DNA of 64,000 bases from an uncultured delta proteobacterium (GCA_963822965.1 CAWGJT010000005.1:1408001-1472000), one strand, 5' to 3'. Counted from the first letter of the stretch, positions 10,080-20,582 are shown. The notes: generated from the sequence alone by a model not told the origin. Numbers and translations: made by a program.

Positions 10080-12467
10080 TCAAGCGCCGAGAGGATGTTC
10101 GCCGATGACCCGTTCTCGCCGGAGCGCGTCGATCTCTTCGTCCGACAGGCCCATGCCACGCAGGATCGATTCGTTGTGCTGACCGAGTGTCGGAGGAGCC
10201 CAGCGGTGATGGTGCTTCGGACCGGGTGTGATGCGGAACGGCCAGCCCGGGTAGCGGTTGGCTCCGGTGATGGGATGCTCGAACTCCTCGTAGTAGGCAC
10301 GGGCGATGAGCTGTGCCTCGTCGTACATCCGGTCCGGTGTGAGGACCCGCTCGGCGGGGATGTGTCGGGACTGGAGGTCGTCGACGATCGCTTCCGCGGA
10401 TCGCGCTCGCGTCCAGGCGGCGACGACTTCGTCGAACGCGTCGTGGGCGGCTTCTCGCATCTGGGCTGACGCGAAGCGCGAATCCACGAGCAGCTCGGGC
10501 TGGCCCATCGCTTCGACCAGCCGCGACCAATCGGTATCGTCCCGCACGCAGAGCGCCACCCACACGCCGTCGGTGTCGGTCGGATAGACGCCCTGCGCGT
10601 GGCCGCGCTGGCGGTTGCCTTCGCGGGGCGGGATGCTGCCGTTCATCGAGTACTCGATCACTGGCTCCGCGGTGACACACGCGCCGACCTCGATCTGCGC
10701 GACCTCGATCTGCTGGCCCTCGCCGCTGCGACGTCGGTGCTCGAGGGCCGCCAGAAGTGCGACCCCAGCGTGCACACCGACGATGGGATCCGCTGGTCCC
10801 TGGAGGCTGCAGGGAGGACCATCGCCGTATCCGGTGACGGCCGCCATCCCCGAGGCCTGCTCGATGTTGAGCGCCCAGCCGACGTAGTCGCGCCACGGAC
10901 CCTCGAGCCCGAACCCCGGCATTCGAACGAGGATGACGTCGGGGTTGATCTCGACGAGCGACGGATAGTCCAACCCGAACTCCTCGACGACTCGGGGCGA
11001 GAAATTCTCCACGACGACGTCTGCCTCCGCGGCGAGTCGCCGGACGACCTGGCGGCCCCGCTCCGAGGTGAGGTCGAGCGTGATGTCGCGCTTGTTGAGG
11101 TTCGTGCCCTGCCAGATCACGCTGCGTTCGTACCAGTCATCACCCTCGAATGGAAAGGCGCCCGAGTACCGGTGACCGTCGGGTCGCTGGATGGACTCCA
11201 GCTTGATGACGTCCGCCCCGAATGCGCCGAGGTAGCAGGTGAGGTACGCGCCCGCCCAGAAAGTGCTGAGGTCGAGGACCTTCAGGTCCGCGAACGGCGA
11301 ATCGTTGGCCACGTCGTGGGGAGGGCGGGGATCGCCACGCTCGTCAACGTTCGTGATGGGCGTCGCCGAAATTCCGATCCGGGGTGCGCCGCGCAGCGGG
11401 AGCACGGGCGTCGCGGAGAGGCGATACGGAGCCCCGGGCCGCCGGAACGACCAGCCGTCGCCCGCGCCTTCCACGAAGAATCCACGCGCCTTGTACTGCG
11501 GGAACTCGGGCACCGTGGCCCCGTCACCGACCGGGGCCGCCGGGAGGCGCATTGCCTGGCAGAGCTCGACGAGCTCGTCGACGCCTCGCTCCGCGAGCCA
11601 GGGCTCTGCCTTGGCGAAGAAGTCGGCGCGTTCGGGTCCTCCCATCATGACCGCGATCTGATGTTCGGCGAACTCGGGCATGCCAAGCAGGGCACAGAGG
11701 TCGAGCCAGTGCTGACCCGTCAGGCAGTTGATCCCGATCCAGCCGTCAGCCGCGCGCACGATGCCCAGAATTGGCGCCGCCCGCCTGTCGGTGGGCATTT
11801 CGAGCCGTCTCAGCTTCTCGAATATCAGCATGGGGTAGGGAAGCGTCGACAAGAGGGACTCGAGCATCGAGACGTCGACCTCGGTCACGCAATTGCTCGA
11901 ACGACTGCGCAGAGCGGTGAGTGCACCGAGAGCCGCATAGGCGCCGGCGATGTACTCGGGGATCCGGGATCCAGCCTGCACGGGAGAGCGGTCGGGATCC
12001 TTGTGCGTGATCCAGCCCGATGCCGCCTGCAGGGTGAGGGGTGTCGCCTCGCGATCTCGCCACGGTCCGTGCTGGCCGAAGCTCGTGACGCGCGTGACGA
12101 CGAGGCCGGGGCGGATGACCTGCAGTGCGCCGCTGTCTAGTCCCCATCGTTCGAGAGTGCCTGGCGGGAGGCCGTCGATCAGCACGTCGGCGAGCCCTAG
12201 GAGCGCGCGTGCGGCCGGGAGGTCTCTTCCGTCCTCGAGGTCGAGAGTGACCCCATGCTTGCCCGCGTTGAGGTATTCGAACAGCCCGGATCGGTCGGGG
12301 CGGCGAACGCCGCCGGGAAACGGCCCCCACGCTCGCAGCGGATCTCCGTCGGGAGGCTCGATCTTGCTGACCTCGGCGCCGAGCTCGGCGAGCAGCTTCC
12401 CGCAGTACGGCCCGGCGATGTCGCCAGCGATCTCGACGACCCGGACATTCTGGAGCGCGGCCCTCAT
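10080..12467 (-). CDS. Class III CoA-transferase (CaiB/BaiF), tandem double domain
   Basis: Two repeats: AGPYCGKLLAELGAEV..KIE..GD / LNAGK and WAGAYLTCYLGAFGADVIKLE / NLNKR; PPTLGQHN tail. Confidence 0.92.
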   Translation of the reverse strand: MRAALQNVRVVEIAGDIAGPYCGKLLAELGAEVSKIEPPDGDPLRAWGPFPGGVRRPDRSGLFEYLNAGKHGVTLDLEDGRDLPAARALLGLADVLIDGLPPGTLERWGLDSGALQVIRPGLVVTRVTSFGQHGPWRDREATPLTLQAASGWITHKDPDRSPVQAGSRIPEYIAGAYAALGALTALRSRSSNCVTEVDVSMLESLLSTLPYPMLIFEKLRRLEMPTDRRAAPILGIVRAADGWIGINCLTGQHWLDLCALLGMPEFAEHQIAVMMGGPERADFFAKAEPWLAERGVDELVELCQAMRLPAAPVGDGATVPEFPQYKARGFFVEGAGDGWSFRRPGAPYRLSATPVLPLRGAPRIGISATPITNVDERGDPRPPHDVANDSPFADLKVLDLSTFWAGAYLTCYLGAFGADVIKLESIQRPDGHRYSGAFPFEGDDWYERSVIWQGTNLNKRDITLDLTSERGRQVVRRLAAEADVVVENFSPRVVEEFGLDYPSLVEINPDVILVRMPGFGLEGPWRDYVGWALNIEQASGMAAVTGYGDGPPCSLQGPADPIVGVHAGVALLAALEHRRRSGEGQQIEVAQIEVGACVTAEPVIEYSMNGSIPPREGNRQRGHAQGVYPTDTDGVWVALCVRDDTDWSRLVEAMGQPELLVDSRFASAQMREAAHDAFDEVVAAWTRARSAEAIVDDLQSRHIPAERVLTPDRMYDEAQLIARAYYEEFEHPITGANRYPGWPFRITPGPKHHHRWAPPTLGQHNESILRGMGLSDEEIDALRRERVIGEHPLGA

Positions 12468-12579
12468 TCGGCACCATCCTCTGAATGGGTCGTCATGAAA
12501 TCGCGCAGCCCCACGGGCGCGCTGGCCTCGGACATCTTGCTGCTCCGCTCGATCAAACAGATTGGATCATTATGTACAA

Positions 12580-12603
12580 TGATTGACCGATAAAAGTCAA
12601 TCA
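12580..12603. promoter_or_regulatory. Palindromic operator in the divergent promoter (candidate TetR site)
   Basis: Perfect 8-bp inverted repeat TGATTGAC-N8-GTCAATCA in the AT-rich region between the CoA-transferase and P450 genes. Confidence 0.55.
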
Positions 12604-12678
12604 GATACATATGGCAAGCCCTTTGGAATACAAATCGTATCGATATGTACGATTCCCAAGGCCGGAGGTAGCGCACGA

Positions 12679-13860
12679 ATGAGCCCGGACTTTCCCCTGC
12701 ACTCACCCGACTTCTATGCAGGCGACCCGTACCCGGCGTACAAGCAGCTGCGCGCGACCTCGCCCGTGCACTGGAACGACGACACCAAGTTCTGGGCCGT
12801 GCTCAAGTACGAGGACATCCGCTTCGTCTCGCGCAACCCGAAGCTCTTCACGTCGACGAAGGGCATCACGATCCCAGACCCGGCGCAGCCGGAGCCGGTT
12901 CAGGCGGGCAACCTCATCTTCACGGACCCGCCGCGGCATCGGCAGATGCGTCAACTCCTGAGCACGGCCTTCACCCCGAACCGGGTGGCGGCACTCGAGC
13001 CGACCGTCCGCGAGATCGTGTGCGGGATCCTCGACGAGATCGAGCCCGAGTCGACCCATGAGTTCGCAGAAGAGATCGCGGCCCCGTTGCCCACCCGGAT
13101 GATCGCGGAACTCCTCGGCGCGCCGGCCGAGGACTGGGAGCAGTTCCGCGTCTGGTCGGATGCCGCCGTGGGGAACGCGGATCCCGAGATCGAGCTCGAT
13201 CCACTCGTCGCAATGGCACAGCTCCACAAGTACTTCTCGGGCCTCATCGCCGAGCGCCGCAAGGAGCTGCGGGACGACCTGCTCTCGGTCATGGTCGCCG
13301 CGGAGGTGGACGGCGAGCGTTTCACCGACGAGGACCTGCTCAACCTCTCGTTCCTCCTGCTGGTGGCAGGCAACGAAACGACGAGGAACTTGATCGCTCT
13401 CGGCACGCTCGCCCTGATCCAACATCCAGACCAATGCAGGCAGCTCGTGGCCGATCCCGCGTTGATCCCCGGAGCAATCGAGGAGATGCTGCGCTTCACC
13501 ACCCCGGTGACGCACATGGCGCGTACCGCGACGGAAGATATCGAGATCCGCGGCCAGCACATTCGCGAGGGTGACACCGTCGTGATGCTGTACGGCTCCG
13601 CCAACAGGGACGAGGAGGTCTTCGGAGACGACGCCGAGATGTTCAAGGTGACGCGCAGCCCGAACCCGCACATCGCGTTCGGTCTTGGTGAGCACGTCTG
13701 CCTCGGCGCGTCCCTGGCGCGCCTCGAGGCGCGAGTGATGTTCGAGGAGCTCCTGAGCCGCTATCCGAAGCTCGAGCTCGTGGGTGAGGTCGCGCGGATG
13801 CGCGCCACGATGGTGCCTGGCGTGAAGCGGATGCCGGTTCGCCTCGGAACGGGGGCTTGA
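12679..13860 (+). CDS. Cytochrome P450, CYP125/CYP142-like steroid side-chain oxidase
   Basis: DPPRH, LLVAGNETTRN, EEMLR, FGLGEHVCLG heme motif; first gene of an igr-like operon. Confidence 0.9.
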   Translation: MSPDFPLHSPDFYAGDPYPAYKQLRATSPVHWNDDTKFWAVLKYEDIRFVSRNPKLFTSTKGITIPDPAQPEPVQAGNLIFTDPPRHRQMRQLLSTAFTPNRVAALEPTVREIVCGILDEIEPESTHEFAEEIAAPLPTRMIAELLGAPAEDWEQFRVWSDAAVGNADPEIELDPLVAMAQLHKYFSGLIAERRKELRDDLLSVMVAAEVDGERFTDEDLLNLSFLLLVAGNETTRNLIALGTLALIQHPDQCRQLVADPALIPGAIEEMLRFTTPVTHMARTATEDIEIRGQHIREGDTVVMLYGSANRDEEVFGDDAEMFKVTRSPNPHIAFGLGEHVCLGASLARLEARVMFEELLSRYPKLELVGEVARMRATMVPGVKRMPVRLGTGA

Positions 13861-13864
13861 TTCG

Positions 13865-15076
13865 ATGAACTTCGACTACACGCCCGAGCAGAAGCGCCTG
13901 CGCGACGACATCCGAGCCTCCCTCGAGGCGGTGATGACCCCTGACCGCATCGCGGCCGTGAAGGGAAACATGGAGGGTGGCCCTGGGGTGAAGGAGTGTG
14001 TCCAAGCCCTTGCCGCAGCGAACCTCCTCGGGGTTGGCTGGCCCGAGGAGTACGGCGGGCGAGGGTTCTCTGCGATCGAGCAGCACGTCTTCTTCGAGGA
14101 GGCCAAGCGGCTGAGTGCGCCGATCCCGTTCGTCACCCTCAACACAGTCGGTCCGACGCTCATGCGATACGGCACCGAGGAGCAGAAACAACGATTTCTT
14201 CCCGCGATCCTCGCTGGCACCGTGGAGTTCGCGATCGGCTACTCGGAGCCAGGCGCTGGCAGCGACCTCGCCGCGCTGCGGACCACGGCGGTCCGCGATG
14301 GCGACGAGTACGTGATCAACGGCCAGAAGATGTTCACGAGCGGCGCCGAGAATGCGGACTACATCTGGTTGGCCGCCCGCACCGATCCCACGACGAAGAA
14401 ACACAAAGGCATCTCGATCTTCATCGTGCCGACCTCGTCGCCGGGATTCTCGTGGCAGCCGCTCGAGACGATGCCGGGCGTCTGCACCTACTACACGTTT
14501 TATGACGACGTTCGGGTGCCCGCGACCGCGATCGTCGCCGGCGAGAACGAAGGCTGGATGCTCATCACCACGCAGCTCAACTTCGAGCGGGCGGCCCTGG
14601 GAACCCTCGGCGCAGTCGAGCCGCTGTTCGAGAAGACGCTCGAGTGGGCGCGCCAGACCGAGTTCGACGGTGCCCGGGTGATCGATCAACCATGGGTCCA
14701 GTCGATCCTGGCCCGGGTGGAGGCGCAGGTGGCTGCGTACAGGCTCCTGAACCTCCGGGTGAACGCCGCGATGAGCCACGGGGGTCGCCTCGGGATGGGC
14801 GAGGCGTCGGCCGTCAAGGTGTTCGGTACCGAGCTGACCCAGCAGGTGGCGCGCCAACTCCTCGAGGTGCTCGGCGCCAACGGGTTGCGGGAGGGGGACA
14901 CCGCTCCGCTTCGAGGCGCCCTCGAGTCCGCGTACCGGATCGCTGTCATCAACACGTTCGGTGGCGGAGCCAACGAGATCCAGCGAGACATCATCGCCAT
15001 GGCGGGCCTGGGCATGCCGCGGGCTCCGCGCGACACCCGGGGAAACGAGGCGAAGGCAGGGAGTACGAAGAGATGA
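13865..15076 (+). CDS. Acyl-CoA dehydrogenase, FadE29/ChsE2-like catalytic subunit
   Basis: FAIGYSEPGAGSDLA, NGQKMFTS, TQLNFER, TFGGGANEIQRDIIA. Confidence 0.88.
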   Translation: MNFDYTPEQKRLRDDIRASLEAVMTPDRIAAVKGNMEGGPGVKECVQALAAANLLGVGWPEEYGGRGFSAIEQHVFFEEAKRLSAPIPFVTLNTVGPTLMRYGTEEQKQRFLPAILAGTVEFAIGYSEPGAGSDLAALRTTAVRDGDEYVINGQKMFTSGAENADYIWLAARTDPTTKKHKGISIFIVPTSSPGFSWQPLETMPGVCTYYTFYDDVRVPATAIVAGENEGWMLITTQLNFERAALGTLGAVEPLFEKTLEWARQTEFDGARVIDQPWVQSILARVEAQVAAYRLLNLRVNAAMSHGGRLGMGEASAVKVFGTELTQQVARQLLEVLGANGLREGDTAPLRGALESAYRIAVINTFGGGANEIQRDIIAMAGLGMPRAPRDTRGNEAKAGSTKR

Positions 15077-15624
15077 CCGACGACGCGGCCAAGGCCGAGT
15101 TCCGCAAACGACTCAAAGATCTGATCGGCAAGCCCACAGGCTCGGGCAGGCCCATGAGCGCGCCCGATCCGGTGAACCAGGCGATGATCCGGCACTGGTG
15201 CTATGCGCTCGACGACATGAACCCCGTGTACCTCGACGAGGATTTCGCAGCGCAGTCCCGCTTCGGCGGCATCGTGTCGCCACCGGTGATGCTTCAGTCC
15301 TGGACGATGCCGCCGCCGAAGCTCGCGGGCATCGCGGAGCGGGGCGGGGTCCCGATGGAAATCGGGGAGAATCCCATGTCCTTCATCGACGAAGCCGGCT
15401 TCATCGGAACGATCGCGACCAACTCGGAGTTCGAGATGGAACGCTATCCGCGGCTCGGCGACGAGATCACGGCAGAAACGGTGATCGAGGACGTCTCCGA
15501 CGAGAAGAGGACCGCGATCGGGACGGGACACTTCCTGACCTGGGTGACGACCTACACCGACGAGCAGGGCGAGGTGCTGGGACGGCAGCGCTTCCGCATC
15601 CTGCGATTCAAGCCGGGCGCCTGA
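15073..15624 (+). CDS. MaoC-like hydratase subunit (ChsH2 N-terminal-domain-like)
   Basis: APDPVNQAMIRHWC..D.NPVY, PPVMLQSWTM; ATG overlaps the upstream stop. Confidence 0.8.
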   Translation: MTDDAAKAEFRKRLKDLIGKPTGSGRPMSAPDPVNQAMIRHWCYALDDMNPVYLDEDFAAQSRFGGIVSPPVMLQSWTMPPPKLAGIAERGGVPMEIGENPMSFIDEAGFIGTIATNSEFEMERYPRLGDEITAETVIEDVSDEKRTAIGTGHFLTWVTTYTDEQGEVLGRQRFRILRFKPGA

Positions 15625-16022
15625 TGCCCAGCCGAATTGCGCCTTCGACCAGTCCCGACACGGACTTCTTCTGGAACGGGCTCCGGGACCGGAAGCTCCT
15701 GATCCAACGCTGCACCGGGTGCGGAACGCTGCGTCAGCCACCGCGTCCCATGTGCCCGAAGTGCAATTCGCTCGATTGGGACACGATCGAGTCGTCGGGT
15801 CGGGGCACCGTCTACAGCTACGTGATGCCGCACAATCCCCGCTTTCCCATGTTCGAGTACCCGTACATCGTCGTCCTGGTCGAGCTGGACGAGGGAGTGC
15901 GCCTCGTGTCGAACCTGTGCGAGATCACCCCCGACGACGTTCGCGTCGGCATGCCCGTCGAGGTCTTCTACACGACCTTCGACAACGATCTCGTACTGCA
16001 CCAATTCCGGCCGGCCGGCTGA
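15624..16022 (+). CDS. Zn-ribbon/OB-fold DUF35 protein (ChsH2 C-terminal-domain-like)
   Basis: FFW.GL..KLLIQRCxxC..PPRPMCxxC, SGRGTVYSY, VELDEGVRLVSN. Confidence 0.88.
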   Translation: MPSRIAPSTSPDTDFFWNGLRDRKLLIQRCTGCGTLRQPPRPMCPKCNSLDWDTIESSGRGTVYSYVMPHNPRFPMFEYPYIVVLVELDEGVRLVSNLCEITPDDVRVGMPVEVFYTTFDNDLVLHQFRPAG

Positions 16023-16031
16023 GGCGATCGA

Positions 16032-17156
16032 ATGGACTTTTCCTTTAGTGAAGAACAGGATGCAATCGCGAAGCTGGCACGCCAGCGCTTCGAGGTTCGT
16101 GCCACGCCAGAGCACCTGAGCGAAATCGAAGCGGGAGAGGTCCGCTACGACGAAGCACTGTGGAAGGAGCTTGCGAGCGCCGACCTCCTCGGGATCGCAT
16201 TGCCTGAAGAGGTGGGGGGCAGTGGTCACGGCTTCCTCGAGGTCGCCGTGCTGCTGGCGGAGGTCGGCTGGAGCGTCGCGCCGGTGCCCGTGTACGCGAC
16301 GCTTGCGCTCGGAGCCGAACCTATCTCTCGCTATGGGACTCGGGAGCAGCAGGAGCGATATTTCCCCGGCGTGGTAGACGGAACCCTTCTGTTGAGCGCA
16401 GGTCTGATGGAGCCCGGGAGATCGGATCCGACCTCGCCCGCGACCACCGCCACTCGCGACGGAGGCGGATGGCGCCTCGACGGCAAGAAGGAGCTGGTGC
16501 CCGCGGCCCAGCTCGCCCACTCCGTTCTGGTACCCGCCACGACCGCCGACGGCGAAGTCGGATTGTTCCTCCTCGATACGGCGGCCTCAGGGGTCGAGAT
16601 CCAGCCCGTTGCGACCACCAATGGCGAGCCGCACGCGGATCTGACGATCGACGGCGCGCACGTACCCTCCGAGGACCGGCTCGGGGAGCCCGCGCGCGGC
16701 CTCGAGATGATCCGCTCTCTCCATGCCCACGCCCTGGTCGGACTCTGCGCGCTGCAGGTCGGTGTCACGGAACGGGCCTTGCGGATGGCGGCGGCGTACA
16801 CGACGGAGCGCGAGCAGTTCGGCCGGCCCATCGGCAGTTTCCAGGCTGTCCAGCAGCGCATGGCCGACGCGTTCATCGATGTCGAGTCGATTCGCTGGAC
16901 CACGTGGCACGCGGCATGGCTGCTCGCCGAGGGCCGGTCCGCCGAGCGCGAGGCGAGCATCGCCAAGTTTTGGGCCGCGGAGGCCGGGGCTCGCGTGGCC
17001 GCGACCGCGCAACAGGTTCACGGCGGCATCGGGATCGACATCTCCTACCCGTTGTTCCGCTACTTCCTTTGGGCGAAGCAGAACGAGCTCGCGCTCGGGT
17101 CCGCCTCGCAACATCTCGCCCGACTCGGCAGCGCATACACGGAGACGAAGCCATGA
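16032..17156 (+). CDS. Acyl-CoA dehydrogenase, FadE28/ChsE1-like partner subunit
   Basis: MDFSFSEEQ, REQFGRPIGSFQAV, QVHGGIG. Confidence 0.85.
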   Translation: MDFSFSEEQDAIAKLARQRFEVRATPEHLSEIEAGEVRYDEALWKELASADLLGIALPEEVGGSGHGFLEVAVLLAEVGWSVAPVPVYATLALGAEPISRYGTREQQERYFPGVVDGTLLLSAGLMEPGRSDPTSPATTATRDGGGWRLDGKKELVPAAQLAHSVLVPATTADGEVGLFLLDTAASGVEIQPVATTNGEPHADLTIDGAHVPSEDRLGEPARGLEMIRSLHAHALVGLCALQVGVTERALRMAAAYTTEREQFGRPIGSFQAVQQRMADAFIDVESIRWTTWHAAWLLAEGRSAEREASIAKFWAAEAGARVAATAQQVHGGIGIDISYPLFRYFLWAKQNELALGSASQHLARLGSAYTETKP

Positions 17157-17605
17157 GCACGACGAAGACCCACCCCACGACCCTCGCTTGGAGTGGCATC
17201 GAGGTAGGCGACGAGGTGACGCCGCTCGAGGTTCCCGTCACGACGACCGTCATCGTGGCCGGCGCGATCGCGTCACGCGACTACATGCCGGTGCACCACG
17301 ACCGCGACTTCGCGAACAAGCAGGGTTCACCCGACCTGTTCATGAACATCCTCACCACGAACGGGCTGTGCGTCCGCTTCCTCACGGACTGGGCAGGCCC
17401 GGAGGCGATGGTGAAGAACCTCTCGATTCGCCTCGGCGTGCCGGCCTATCCCAACGACCCCCTGCACTTCACCGGCTCGGTCGCTGGAAAATCCGAAGGC
17501 GAGGGCGAGGGGTTGGTCGAGGTCGAGTTCAAGGGCGCAAACAGCCTGGGCAACCACGTCACGGGTACGGCCGTGCTCAGCCTGGTCGAGGGAGCACGCC
17601 GGTGA
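17153..17605 (+). CDS. MaoC dehydratase (ChsH1-like)
   Basis: IVAGAIASRDYMPVHHD, FMNILTTNG, WAGPEA, IRLGVP. Confidence 0.85.
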   Translation: MSTTKTHPTTLAWSGIEVGDEVTPLEVPVTTTVIVAGAIASRDYMPVHHDRDFANKQGSPDLFMNILTTNGLCVRFLTDWAGPEAMVKNLSIRLGVPAYPNDPLHFTGSVAGKSEGEGEGLVEVEFKGANSLGNHVTGTAVLSLVEGARR

Positions 17606-18771
17606 GTCGTACGCTCGCGGGCAAAGCGGCCATCGCCGGGATCGGGCAGACCGAGTTCTCGAAGGAGTCCGGACGGACCGAGCTCCAGCTCGCCTGCGAG
17701 GCGGTCAAGTCCGCGCTCGATGACGCCGGGCTGCAACCGGCAGACGTCGACGGCATGGTCACGTTCAGCGTGGATTCGAACGAGGAGATCGAGGTCGCCC
17801 GCAACCTGGGGATTCGAGACCTGAACTTCTTCACGCGCGTGCCGCACGGCGGCGGTGCTGCGGCCGGGACGGTCATGCAAGCGGCGATGGCCGTCGCCAC
17901 TGGGGTGGCCGACGTCGTCGTCTGCTACCGCGCGTTCAACGAGCGATCCGGCTTCCGCTTCGGAGGCTCGGGCCGCACGATGACCGAAACGCCGCTCTGG
18001 CTCGCACCTTACGTGCCCTTCGGGCTCATGACGCCCGCGGCGTGGGTGGCGCTGCACGCCCAGCGGTACATGTCGACCTACGGCGTGACCAACGAGGACT
18101 TCGGCAAGGTCTCGGTAGTCGACCGCGCGCACGCGGCGCGGAACCCCGACGCCTGGTTCTACGAGCGCCCGATCACGCTCGCCGATCACCAGAACTCGCA
18201 CTGGATCGTCGAGCCCGTACTCCGGCTCCTCGACTGCTGCCAGGAGAGCGACGGCGGAGTCGCCCTGGTCGTCACCACCGTGGAGCGCGCCCGGGACCTC
18301 GCGCAGCCGCCGGCAGTCATCACGGCGGCGGCGCAGGGGGCGGCGTACGACGGAGAAGTGATGACGAGCTACTACCGCGACGACATCACCGGGCTGCCCG
18401 AGATGGGTGTGGTCGCCCGGAAGCTCTGGGCAGATTCCGGCCTCCAGCCTTCCGACATCCAGACGGCCTTCCTGTACGACCACTTCACCCCCTTCGTCCT
18501 GGTCCAGCTGGAAGAGCTCGGCTTCTGCGCGCGCGGGGAGGCGAAGGACTTCGCCACGATCGAGAACCTCTCGGTCGGCGGCAAGCTTCCGATCAACACC
18601 AACGGCGGGTTGCTCGGCGAGGCGTACATCCACGGCATGAACGGAATCACCGAGGGCGTGCGGCAGATCCGCGGCACCTCGTACAACCAGGTCGAAGGCG
18701 TGGAGCACACACTCGTGACCTCTGGAACGGGGGTGCCGACGAGTGCTCTCATCCTCGGGCACGCGCGGTGA
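17602..18771 (+). CDS. ltp2: SCP-x thiolase-like lipid-transfer protein / steroid side-chain aldolase
   Basis: AIAGIGQTEFSKESGR, YRAFNERSG.RFG, LLDCCQESDGG, YDHFTP, GEAYIHG. Confidence 0.85.
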   Translation: MSRTLAGKAAIAGIGQTEFSKESGRTELQLACEAVKSALDDAGLQPADVDGMVTFSVDSNEEIEVARNLGIRDLNFFTRVPHGGGAAAGTVMQAAMAVATGVADVVVCYRAFNERSGFRFGGSGRTMTETPLWLAPYVPFGLMTPAAWVALHAQRYMSTYGVTNEDFGKVSVVDRAHAARNPDAWFYERPITLADHQNSHWIVEPVLRLLDCCQESDGGVALVVTTVERARDLAQPPAVITAAAQGAAYDGEVMTSYYRDDITGLPEMGVVARKLWADSGLQPSDIQTAFLYDHFTPFVLVQLEELGFCARGEAKDFATIENLSVGGKLPINTNGGLLGEAYIHGMNGITEGVRQIRGTSYNQVEGVEHTLVTSGTGVPTSALILGHAR

Positions 18772-18817
18772 GCGGGCGGGCCGCGGTCAGCATGCCGCAC
18801 GGCGCACTGGTCCCGTC

Positions 18818-19420
18818 GTGAGCGAGGCTACAACCAGCGACACGCGCCACGTCATCATCGATGCGGCCCACGACTGTTTTCGGCAGTTTGGACTACGCAA
18901 GACGACGATCGTCGAGATCGCGCAGGCCGCCGGGCTATCGCGGGGCACGATCTACCAGTACTTCCGGGACAAGTCCGCCATCGTCGAAGCGTGCGCTGAG
19001 CACACTTCGCAGCGATTCTATCGCGAGATGGTCAAGGCGATGGAGCCCGGGACCACCCTCGAGGACAAGCTGAGTTTGGCCGCTGTGTTCGTGTGCAAGG
19101 CGCGCAGATTCATAGAGCCGAGGCAACGATACTTCGACGAGGACGAGGTCGGTCTCCTGCTCACCAAAAACGCCGGAGTGCTCCTGAGCGAATGCGTGGA
19201 TTTCTTCGCGCCCTATCTCAAGGCGGCCAAGCTGACCGGAGAGGTGCGTAAGGACCTCGACGTGCAGGCCGCCGGCGAGTGGTTCGCGCGAATGCTGTTC
19301 TCACTCTTCAGCACGCCAGCGTCGACGCTCGACCTGGACGACCCGGAGGTGGTAAGACGGTTCGTGCAAGATCACATCGTGCGCGGATTCACGGCGGTCC
19401 CGGGCGATCGGCCGAGATGA
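18818..19420 (+). CDS. TetR/AcrR family transcriptional regulator
   Basis: HTH FGLRKTTIVEIAQAAGLSRGTIYQYF. Confidence 0.9.
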   Translation: MSEATTSDTRHVIIDAAHDCFRQFGLRKTTIVEIAQAAGLSRGTIYQYFRDKSAIVEACAEHTSQRFYREMVKAMEPGTTLEDKLSLAAVFVCKARRFIEPRQRYFDEDEVGLLLTKNAGVLLSECVDFFAPYLKAAKLTGEVRKDLDVQAAGEWFARMLFSLFSTPASTLDLDDPEVVRRFVQDHIVRGFTAVPGDRPR

Positions 19421-19692
19421 GCACTGCACCGACGATGGGGACGGCGACAAGGCCCGCGCTGCCAGAACCACGCGCTGCGCGAGAGCAGCGACCTCGAAGA
19501 CGGCGCGTTCGAGGCCGTCGACGCGGCGTTCGCCGAGAAGCCGGAGAAGAAGGACGACTGAAGGAAGAAGGAAGGTGCCAGGCGTGGAGCCGGGGCGAGG
19601 ACCGGCTCCTCCGGCAGGCGCGCATCCCGGTGCCGGCTCGCGGCACCCAGCTGCGCCCCTAGAGTCCTTCCGACCGGGAGCGGACGCTGCGG

Positions 19693-20427
19693 CTAGCGCG
19701 CCACCCGGGCTCGCTTACGGTGTCCCGGCCGCGAGAGCGCGGCGAGGACCGCGAGTGACGTCACGGCGAGAAGGGCCGCATCGGGCTCGGGCGCGAGCTG
19801 CCAGTGGAAGACCGCCGTGGACTCGTCCGAGGCGCTGGTCACTCCGCTTCCGCTGATGCTCAGCCCCGCGTGCATGCGCACCGACACGGCCTGGACGACC
19901 TGCGGCTCGAGGTCGATCTCGAGGACGCCGTCGAAGTCCGGGAACTGCACGGTTCCTCCCGTCGGCGTGACCAGGGAGAGGCTCATGCCTTCGTCGTGCG
20001 CGTACTCGATCCGCAGGACCGATGGAACCGCCGGCGCCAGCTCCAGCGTCCACAGATCGATGCTGGAGCCCGTGCTCGCGAAGACATGTCGGCTGCCGTC
20101 GCTGTCGATCGCGTAGCCGGTCGTGACGGATACCGAGCCGCTCGTCTCGTCGCCCTCGCCGACGGCGTACTGGCTCGCGCTCGCGCTCGTCGGCCCGTCC
20201 GTCGCGAGCGCGTCGGCGTCGAGGACCAGCGGGGCCGCGAGGGGCAGCGCCCCCTCGACCGCGAACGCCTGCTCGTCGACGCCTTGTCCAATCGCCGCCG
20301 CGAGGCCGCACGCGAGCGTCAGGCTCGGCGCCTCCGCCTGGGCCTCTGCCCCGGCCAGGGCCAGCAGGAGGCCGAGCAGCCCCGCCCAGACGGGGGTAGC
20401 GAGCCGTTGCCGGGTGCCATGCGCCAT
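19693..20427 (-). CDS. Secreted protein with PEP-CTERM-like sorting tail
   Basis: Signal peptide (LLGLLLALAGAEAQA); C-terminal APEPDAALLAVTSLAVLAALSRPGHRKR. Confidence 0.7.
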   Translation of the reverse strand: MAHGTRQRLATPVWAGLLGLLLALAGAEAQAEAPSLTLACGLAAAIGQGVDEQAFAVEGALPLAAPLVLDADALATDGPTSASASQYAVGEGDETSGSVSVTTGYAIDSDGSRHVFASTGSSIDLWTLELAPAVPSVLRIEYAHDEGMSLSLVTPTGGTVQFPDFDGVLEIDLEPQVVQAVSVRMHAGLSISGSGVTSASDESTAVFHWQLAPEPDAALLAVTSLAVLAALSRPGHRKRARVAR

Positions 20428-20532
20428 GGCCTCCGTAGCGGCAGCGGCGGCCTCCTTCCTGAGCGGATCCGGCGGGCGAGCCCCGATCCGGCCTAGAGCG
20501 TGGCGATCAGGGGGCGATCAGCAGGCTAACGA

Positions 20533-20578
20533 CGCCCCGCCGCTGGGACCCCGGAGGGCGATTGACATAAGGCTCCTA
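20533..20578 (-). repeat. Module-boundary repeat, copy A (partial)
   Basis: Reverse complement taggagccttatgtcaatcgccctccggggtcccagcggcggggcg matches copies C and E. Confidence 0.85.
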
Positions 20579-20582
20579 GACC

